DNA of 64,000 nucleotides from Trichoplax sp. H2 (Eukaryota): NCBI GenBank assembly GCA_003344405.1, contig NOWV01000003.1, positions 682,001 to 746,000 of the forward strand, read 5' to 3'. Shown piece by piece: positions 52,670 to 64,000 of this stretch (position 1 is its first letter; each line of letters starts with the position of its first letter). The notes under the pieces were generated by a model. It saw only the letters and a program-made list of their open reading frames with translations, ran no database searches and was not told where the DNA came from. The position numbers and the translations under genes were made by a program.

Positions 52670-54490
52670 ATGTTTCCTTTTAGCAAATTTGATAAGAAAG
52701 ACTCTCGTGAATTTTATCCAAATGTTAATCATGAATTCGAAAAGACTAGCACTTATAAAGCATACGGCGATTTACAAGTCAACGTCGATGATTCATCGGA
52801 TGAAGAAGAAGTCGATAGCAAAATTGAAGGTTTCTCTTTTAATGAGCAATGGGCAAAATTTATCAACGAAAAGTATCAGGATGTGCTGAAATGTCTAGAA
52901 ATCCAGGATGACCGACAAAATAAAACTGCAATTTTTTTATCCTTTATTGTCAATGCGATTGGAACTTACTTACTTTACTCTCCTCAAATAACACGAGCCT
53001 ATTATTTAGATAAAAGCATCAACTTAGGCAATAGTCAAATTGCGAAGCGTAGCGAAATCTGGGAAGGAATTAAAGGTATTGTACGTAGTGCAATTAATTC
53101 AAGTCTCGCAGTAATTGTTGATGAAAGTTTCAAGACAGTCACTGATCACGAATTGGTAGATAATATCGATTCCGATGAGACCAAGGTTATTGTGGAAAGC
53201 ATCTTAAGAGAGGCAGAAAAGGATATGACAACATTTGCCAAATTGTTAAGTGTTAATCGCGAACTATATAAAAAAGATGGTATCAAATCGGAAGTTGTCA
53301 AAATGAATAATGAGCTTCAATTGTTAATTTACAATACTGCTGATATCGCTAATATAAAGATTTTAGATGCAGCTAAACGAAATAATAAAGGGAGTAGCAG
53401 TGTAGAAGATCTACTTAATGAAAGTACTGAGAAGTATCATCGCCGGCGAACGCGATTAAATAGTGTAATTTCTAGAAATATCGTCCGTAAAAGCAGGCAT
53501 GAAATTATCGATCGTGATCGCTTATTAACGGAGGTAGAGAGAAAACTTGTTGAGCTGTTACAACGTAATCAGAACAATCTGATGACCAATATCAAAGTAA
53601 GAGATACGATTGATAACAATTTTCAGTTCCAATTTTACGATTATGCCGATATGCTTGTAGCTGTGCGATTGCATAATAGATCACAAAAGCGAACATTACG
53701 AAATACGCAGCAAGGGTTGCTGAATGATCGCGCCATCATACCAACTATAGGAACATGGAATTTTAGGAATGGTCTATCGGCTCAAGGTTGCGAAGTTATA
53801 AAGCGATCTAATTACAAAAGAGTAAATTTAACGTTGGCTTATGCGATTAGATCATACGAAGGCATTAGATATGAAATTGAAGACTTAAAAGAGTACTATC
53901 TACCAGAAGAAATAACTAGAAACTATTGGGATATCTGCATCGCTATGTGCATAAGGTCAACCGTTAATGGTCGCGGTGTGCTACTATTAGAGAATTCAGA
54001 CGTTAGTAAGGTGGCTATTAGAAGAATAAAAGATTTAATTGCCCGTTTAGCTTTAACCATGTTTGGTTATGAGGCTGCCCGCTGTCCTAGTACAATTATT
54101 ACTCATCAAATGATATTAGATTTGATTATTGATGGTAAATTGACTTGGCGAGAAGCATTAGATGGCAAAATCAAATCCCCAAGTAAAGGCGGTTACCTAC
54201 CGATGTCAATGGAAAATGCAGGAAATCTATGTCGAAATATTTATCTTAATTATTACCGTCATTATATGCCATATCCCTATCGCTTTGAGGGTGCAAGTAC
54301 AATTTATAACGTTGAACATTTAGTTGATTTCTTGCATCGAGAAGGCGAAATTATTGACATGTGGTTAGAAAATGTATCAAGTGAAAGGGAAGAAATATCC
54401 GAATTGACATTGCCTACGAACATAGCATCCGTAATTTCATCAAAGGCTGAGGCTTGGTGGCGTAACGGTTTACAACTACATTTAAATTGA
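52670..54490 (+). CDS. Intronless 606-aa protein of unknown function (orphan; horizontal-transfer candidate)
   Basis: An uninterrupted 1821-bp ATG-to-TGA frame in AT-rich DNA where chance ORFs are under ~130 aa. There is an in-frame stop 5 codons upstream, an AAAA-ATG context, and natural protein composition (acidic patch DDSSDEEE, helical middle, globular C-terminus). No family was recognised. Confidence 0.85.
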   Translation: MFPFSKFDKKDSREFYPNVNHEFEKTSTYKAYGDLQVNVDDSSDEEEVDSKIEGFSFNEQWAKFINEKYQDVLKCLEIQDDRQNKTAIFLSFIVNAIGTYLLYSPQITRAYYLDKSINLGNSQIAKRSEIWEGIKGIVRSAINSSLAVIVDESFKTVTDHELVDNIDSDETKVIVESILREAEKDMTTFAKLLSVNRELYKKDGIKSEVVKMNNELQLLIYNTADIANIKILDAAKRNNKGSSSVEDLLNESTEKYHRRRTRLNSVISRNIVRKSRHEIIDRDRLLTEVERKLVELLQRNQNNLMTNIKVRDTIDNNFQFQFYDYADMLVAVRLHNRSQKRTLRNTQQGLLNDRAIIPTIGTWNFRNGLSAQGCEVIKRSNYKRVNLTLAYAIRSYEGIRYEIEDLKEYYLPEEITRNYWDICIAMCIRSTVNGRGVLLLENSDVSKVAIRRIKDLIARLALTMFGYEAARCPSTIITHQMILDLIIDGKLTWREALDGKIKSPSKGGYLPMSMENAGNLCRNIYLNYYRHYMPYPYRFEGASTIYNVEHLVDFLHREGEIIDMWLENVSSEREEISELTLPTNIASVISSKAEAWWRNGLQLHLN

Positions 54491-56430
54491 TCTTTATGAG
54501 TAATTACAAAACTAAGAAAATATCATTTTGAGAGGATACATCATACACGGTTTATCTACTGCATTTTATCTGTTATATCGGTCATTGCTTATAGACAATA
54601 CAGTATCATTTGTATTATGAAGATACTATCTAATCCCGATGGAGTCACTTGTCGCAACACTTTCGTAAGTTATTAGACACGATGTATCCAAGAAAGCAAA
54701 TATGAATACATACTATATAAAAATAGCATTTTTCTTGCAAAACAAGATACCGATAATCGAAGTCTGTCATAGAAATCGTAGATTTCTAAATGATTACCTA
54801 TTGTGCTACTGTTAGATGCTCCAATACAAAATTGAGTAACAATATACAGAGTTGTTCTTATAACTGCAAGATATTAAATAGGTTTAAAAGTAAAGATATA
54901 TATTCAGTTGCATTATCTATAGCTTTAACAAAAATTATGGACGCGTTCATGCTAATATTGGATGTGAAACATGAATCAATTTCGTAAAGAACATGCAGTA
55001 TGAAATCTTACTCAAATTAAATATACGAAAACGCTTCTTAATATCTAATTACTTTTTTAACATGCTAAATGATAACAAAATATTTTTTAATCACCTTATA
55101 CCACCTGGCATATTAGATAAAACAAAATTCATAAATTCCTGTTGTATCGATTGCGCTCTGGCTGCAGATTTTTATATTAGACTGCGAAATACTAAATACA
55201 CTTTTAACTGTTTAAAGCGTTATCTTGTATTAATGATTTGCGATAACAATTATAATAAACTTGTTGCTATTTTTGGAACGAGTATTATTTCGGTACCATA
55301 TTATAACGACTTTTATATCATAAGAATTGACCAGATACATGGAGGTAGCAAAAAATTGTTCTGTTGCTGTAACTATTGAATGTTTGATTAGATTAGCTAA
55401 GTTAGGAATAACTACGTCTGTCTATATAATATACTTTTTTATTCGTTTACAAAGTCTTTGAGTGAATACTTTATTTTTAAAGTGAATATAAAGATGCTTC
55501 TGTGCGTACAATAACTCTTTTAAGTCATATAAGGAATGCGACGTAACGCCTTTTCACAGAATTCGATGGTCTCCAAGTACAGAATTTGTTAAGATAGTAA
55601 AGTTAATAAGCTGATGCAACAGTCAGTAGTTTTCAATTTCAAAAATTTCGGATGCTATTAATTATATTATTAATCAAATATTGAAATGAACAGATAGTGA
55701 AATAACAGCTGTTATCTATGCACTTCTCCAGAATACTTACCTAATTTTTATATCGAGAGCATCTAAAGTACAGACCAACCCAAAATACAGTACACAAATT
55801 AGCAACCTAACAAGTTCTATTCAATATCAGAGAATCCTCAAAACAAGCGGGATCCATTACATCATATACATATTTTGCAGTCGAATTTTAACATATTACT
55901 GTCCTTGCACTACAGAATCTAGATATTCCAGATATACAGCAGCAAAAGTAACGTCAAGCTGTAAAAAAATCGTTTACGATATTCTAGAATGTTTCTAGAG
56001 TAAATTATAGTTTTCTAGCTACTTTATCGTACTATAAAGAATGCATTTAAAGCGATATTCTATTTTAGTGACAATTACATAAGTACGTTATACAGTATTA
56101 ACGTAATATTTCCCTAGTGAGTTTGACATCGATCATTTCATTACTTTAACCTACTTAATAACATATTGATGTCGTTTTATGTAGTATATTGCTATAAAAT
56201 AAAGTAATTATGGAAATGCTCATATAATACTGTAGTATACATATTAAGCAGTACTCTTATACATGGGATACAAATATCCGGGATATAAATTAAAACAGTT
56301 AATTAATACATTTAATTTTATTCTTTAGCGAGTAGATACTAGGTAAACAATCAAGGATAAGTCTCATCTAGAGAATTTATTTAGTAAATTCGTACAGGTT
56401 CTACTTTCTGTAGATTGTCATCTAAAGAGC

Positions 56431-59248
<2,818 letters not shown>

Positions 59249-59829
59249 TTAGAATTTCCGATTAGCAAAGGAATTCGTCGATGTATGATTGCATATACTG
59301 TACAGCTTATAGAGTCTACTAGGTCTTTTCTTTTTCTTTCGTCAATGTTAAGTTAAGCACCGTAATCGCTTATAAACTCAAATTTTCCGCTCTGTATTTC
59401 TCTCAGCTTATGTCAGCAACTTCATGTACTGTATGCAGTAAAGACACAGATGCAACCGTATACATGTAGATCCACTGCTACGCATTCACAAGCCTATAAC
59501 AATAAGAAGAGCAATAATTGACCAAAAAATTAAATGAATACAACATACTATCACTTATAAAGTGTGCATTTAGAATTTTGTAGTAGGGCAGAAATGGACA
59601 GTTAACTCACTCGAGCATTAACGGCTAGCGACTCCAGCAAATTCTCGAAGGTTCTTGCTTTCGACGGATTGCTTTAAGTGCAGATCTTTAGTACTCAGCA
59701 GTGCTACTTTAAACTGTACCGTACCATGACTGAGATAGCGAGCTTTTTTTCTGGGATTGCTCAGGGTGGGATATTAATTAATTAATTAATTTTTAGGGGA
59801 ATTTTTTATTTGAGAGGTCCCTGGCCTAT

Positions 59830-60500
59830 TGCACATTGTAGTGTATGATACTGTACACTGTACAGTGTACATTTGTACAGTACAGTACGTATCCTCAAGT
59901 TACAGTACAGTACTGTACTGTACGTACTGTACTGTACTGTACAGTAGTATAGTACAATGTAAAGTACTGTAGTCATCTTAGTACTGTACGATGACAGAAG
60001 GCTCATGATCGTGACAGAGCGTCTGACTGTCTGAGCCTTCTCAAGACTCATGCGAAGTTCGAATGGGATCAGATCAGATCTGATCTTTGAATGCTTTGAT
60101 AACATACACTACACTACTGTACTGTACTACATGTAGACTTAACTGTGCAGGTAAAAAAGGTAGAGTCTGAGGCACGTGATCTTTTGTAAACAGTAGATCT
60201 TACTCATACGAAATCCAGTGGTTCATTGGCATACTGTAGACGAGGCTCATTCCGAACTCCGATTGACCTTTTTGAGGAATACAACTACAACTAAGACTAG
60301 CGTAGATTTTTCTTTTTTTTCCTTTTAATTTGGCAAAAGTGGGCTAAAGTATCATACATCGAATTGATCCGTGTACTGTACTGTGACTGTACTCATAAAC
60401 GCATACACTACATCAACAATAGGATCGTATGGAGCACTGATACACTCACTATACAGTACCGTATGGCTTATTATAGTACAGAGTACTGGACTGTATTTCT
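59830..60500. promoter_or_regulatory. Probable promoter region between divergent RAB4 and MLH3, with the densest TACAG/CTGTA array
   Basis: For example TACAGTACAGTACTGTACTGTACGTACTGTACTGTACTGTACAGTA at ~59901-59946. There is also a perfect 16-bp palindrome AGATCAGATCTGATCT at 60071-60086. Confidence 0.6.
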
Positions 60501-60671
60501 AAAAAGTGATCGCTATTTTAATTTAGCACGGGGCTAGATCGGCATATATAAAAATACTGTATTACTACTGATATAAATAAATTAAATTCTTTTGCAGTGA
60601 TAAAGATGAAGAAGTGCCTGTTCAACCTGGTTTAACTGAACACTTCGATCGATCTCGAATAATGCTACATA

Positions 60672-61025
60672 CGTAGTAACACAAACTTTGATAAATAAAT
60701 AACCCACTCACTGATAATATGCTACAGTAAGCCTTCCTAACACCTGGAAGTCTTAACATAAACTATTCTGTGTCATACTGTAGGTACTGCGCTAATCTTA
60801 GCATTTTCGAAATATCAGTTATGTACAAGTGCTGCACTGATCCTTCTTTAGTAGCCTCTGCTATAAATCTGTAGCTAGTTTGTACAGACTGCATGGACTA
60901 GTATGGCTGATAATATGTAATATAATGTAATATAATATATGAATACATATGTATGTATACTGTATATATGTTATATTATAATAATCAGTGAGTGAATTTA
61001 CTCATCAAAGTTTGAGTTACTACAG
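60672..61025. mobile_element. Candidate MITE (~350 bp) with imperfect ~45-bp terminal inverted repeats
   Basis: The left end is GTAGTAACACAAACTTTGATAAATAAATAACCCACTCACTGAT (from 60673). The reverse complement of the right end is GTAGTAACTCAAACTTTGATGAGTAAATTCACTCACTGAT (ending 61023). TA dinucleotides sit at 60670-60671 and 61026-61027, and the interior is non-coding. Confidence 0.55.
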
Positions 61026-62022
61026 TAAAAAGTATAAGCACAAATACCGTGCATTTGTACAGCAGACAGTACACGGTACGGTATAAAGTTACTGAACCTC
61101 TGTTAAATGAGCGCATTATCGTAAACCGTCAGTAAAGCGACGGGAGTTTGCACTAGTATACTATAAAATCGACCAGAGGACTAGCCAATCAAAAAACATA
61201 TTCCATTAACAGTATCCCATCCTATACGCGTATTCCTATCAGCGCAGTAACAAACTAAATAAGACAGTAGAGCTGCTTCACTGACAGAGATACCATAGCC
61301 TTTTCAATTTCGTAGGCAACTAAATAATAAAATACAAAACTACAGCACGATCCATTGTTCAACGCTAATTATATAATTTTGGTTAATGTAATTGTAATGA
61401 GAGCCATGAGTAGCTGCTAAATTTAGTACTGACTGTAATCCATGTCACTCCTTAAAATTTGAATTGTGTCACAGTAATTTTACCTACAGAGTACTAATAC
61501 TGTAGAATGCTTGATCGGGTCCAGAAACTCAAGTCCCGTAACTCAACCTAATACAACCCGATAGCGAGTTGAGTCGAGTTAATATTGCTTTTCGGGTTCG
61601 AGCTGGATCAAGCTGTCAATCTCGTGTTTTGCAGCTCCGCTATGTACTGTCTATATTAGTACGATATTACTAGTGACTTATTGCACTATATAGTTACACC
61701 TATTACTACAGTAGAGTAGTAGACACAAAAATGCTTTATTTGTTATTTTGGCTTACGCAAGAAGTCTCACAGCCTTATTGCATTGCTTGTACAAATATAC
61801 AGTATGTTGTCTCAGATTGATATGTGCTTATTATAAATCATATGTACTTCAAATTGGCTTTATTATTAAAAATGTTTAAGGAAATCATACACATCATTCT
61901 ATTTGATTAGAAATGGTATATGTTAATGATCAAATTTCTCCTATTCTATACTAATTGAAAGTTATGCTACTTGGAAATGTGCCCATAACGAGATTAAAAT
62001 ACTGCGATATACTCATACATAA

Positions 62023-64000
62023 ATGATGGATCTTGAAAGCCGTATAAAGAGGTAGGTTTCGAAAATTTTGCATTTTCTTACCGATCTATGCATATTAAAT
62101 ACTACAATTATGTTTAGTGATTACGATACACTATGACGAACTATTTAATTCTATCATGCATATATAATCACGTACATTCTATACAAGTATGATTTAATGC
62201 GAATTCACCTATTATTTTAACTAGAAAATATTTTGATTGCATTTTTAATACCGTATGTATCATATACAAATGATTTATTCATCAATAGGAAACCTAAAAT
62301 TCAGAAACTTGATGAAGACTCACGAAATCAAATCGCTTCACAATTATGTATAAATACATTTAGCCAATGTATTGAAGAATTAGTTCTGAACAGTATAGAC
62401 GCAAAATCGACTCATATTTTGATAGCGGTGGATCCAAATCGCTTAAATGTTGAAGTATGTGATAACGGTGATGGAATAGATTCCGAAAATTTAAGATTCG
62501 TTGGTCTACGGCATTATACCAGTAAATATGTAACTAGAGCTAATTTACAAGCACCTCACTCTATCGGCTATCGCGGTGAAGCTGTAGCCAGTATCTGTAG
62601 CATAGCTAAAATTGTCGAAGTGCAAACCAGATCGATAACATCACGAAATACTTATACTAAAAAATTCGTAAATGGTCTTTCAATTTCCGATGAGCCAACT
62701 GTAGCGGAGAAATCAAGAAACTATATTGGCACAACTGTAACACTGACTGATATATTTTATAGCTTACCAGTACGATATCATAGGACAACTACCATGTGGG
62801 ATAGGGAACGTCATATTATTAAACAGAAGTTAGAAGCCCTCGCTATAATTTATCATCAAATTACAATTATACTTAAAAACCAGGTCAATGGCGTTATTTT
62901 ACTAAAAAGTCACGAATGCTGTAATCTAGCTGCATCGATTCAATGTTTGTACGGCATAACCATAAAACGAACTCTTCAAAAGATGGATTTCAATAGCGAT
63001 AACTTTCAACTTAGTGGCTACATCGATACTATTCACAGCGACAACAATTATAATAGGTATCCACAATATATCTATCTCAATGGTCGCTTAATGCATAAAA
63101 ATGTTATTTATGATGAATTAAATCATACTCTATTGGTCATTTTTAAATTAATTAATCGACATCGAAAAAAAATGATGACACCCAATCATTCATCAAACTG
63201 CCCACAAATTGCTCGTCTAAGTAGATTATCGGATTGCTACATGTACATCATTCACATAGTATGCCCTATTTCCGAATATGTTGTATTGGAAACGAGTAGT
63301 AATAAAATTCAGTTTATTCGTCAAGATATTGTCCTTTCTGGTATCAAAAAATTATGCTACCAATATTTCACCCAGAATTGGTGGATGACGCCAGAAGAAC
63401 TGCACTACTTTGAGAAAAGGATCTATACTCCGTTAACATCACGGTTGACAAAACGTCCTAAATTAACGAAAGATTCTTGTGAAATAACTGCAATTAATGG
63501 CAACAAACAAAGTAGTTATAAAGGTAACATCACCAGTAATAAGGATACTCCCAATATTTTATTGGAGCATATGAAATCAGATACTGTGCGTCGTCAATGT
63601 CTTTCCCGAGACACAATTACTCCGTGGAATGGTATGTTATGTTATTCAAACTCTATCAAATATGCAGTTGACCATTCCATACATGTGTTTAAATTTAACC
63701 TTAAAAATGTTTGCTAATAGTTTTTAGGAACTTATTCTAAATTTTTATTTCAAATTATTAATTCAAATTTCGTTGTTAATTGCAGCGAAAACTTCTATCA
63801 AAAGCCATTTTCAAAATCTCCAGTATGATTGCTACAAACAAACAAAAAGTTATTCAGAAAAAAAGATTTTGAAGTTGAATCAAATTCCACGAGAAAAGAT
63901 ACTACAAAAGTTTATTAGTACTGATCTGGCGGGAAAAGCTGATATAATATGTGCTCAAAACGATGAAAATTCGTTATATCAATACAAAGATTCATTGAAT
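62023..64000 (+). CDS. MLH3: MutL homolog MLH3, 5' portion (continues beyond the window)
   Basis: Putative exon 1 62023-62051, large exon 62289-63631, and an exon from 63786 open to the window end. GHKL ATPase motifs QCIEELVLNSIDA, DNGDG, RHYTSK, GYRGEAVASI and GTTVTLTDIFYSLPVR are present. The QCxEELxLNSIDA and FYxLPVR pattern and the large early exon fit MLH3 better than MLH1 or PMS1/2. Confidence 0.88.

Noticed and set aside
54790..55379. ORFs of 65 and 128 aa downstream of the orphan, as possible operon or immunity partners
   Set aside because: AT-driven composition and no recognisable domain. The lengths are near chance for this DNA, so they cannot be supported without expression or homology data.
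59806..60105. ORFs over TACAG arrays (also 22393-22635 and 50180-50575)
   Set aside because: The YCTVQYST-type peptides are simply translations of the repeat motif.
62233..62288. ORF-track start (MIAFLIPY...) and tail (63632-63717) of the MutL ORF
   Set aside because: These parts are intronic read-through. Splice sites at 62288/62289 and 63631/63632 define the exon.
63927..63937. E2F-like TGGCGGGAAAA
   Set aside because: It lies inside an MLH3 coding exon (LAGK) far from a start site, so it is probably coincidental.

Overview
This is AT-rich eukaryotic genomic DNA from a compact animal genome with many short GT-AG introns. The gene set and architecture look placozoan-like (Trichoplax type), which is an inference only. 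From left to right: (1) about 13.4 kb with no recognisable gene, beginning with a 335-bp tandem duplication; (2) BCAS3 (- strand, 14043-22343), head-to-head with TANGO2 (+, 23263-25317); (3) CPSF2 (-, 26363-32955); (4) POLE, the catalytic subunit of DNA polymerase epsilon (-, 34729-50042); (5) an intronless orphan 606-aa ORF (+, 52670-54490), preceded by a ~290-bp tandem duplication whose copies end in telomere-like repeats; (6) RAB4 (-, 56431-59248); (7) the 5' part of MLH3 (+, 62023 to window end). Exon chains were read by hand. The most interesting signals are the intronless orphan (horizontal-transfer candidate with an EAAR motif reminiscent of ribosome-inactivating proteins), self-complementary TACAG/CTGTA arrays clustered upstream of the gene starts, candidate alternative first and last exons of BCAS3, a candidate MITE, and a gene desert 3' of BCAS3 that predicts a T-box neighbour. 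No rRNA, tRNA or CRISPR array was seen.
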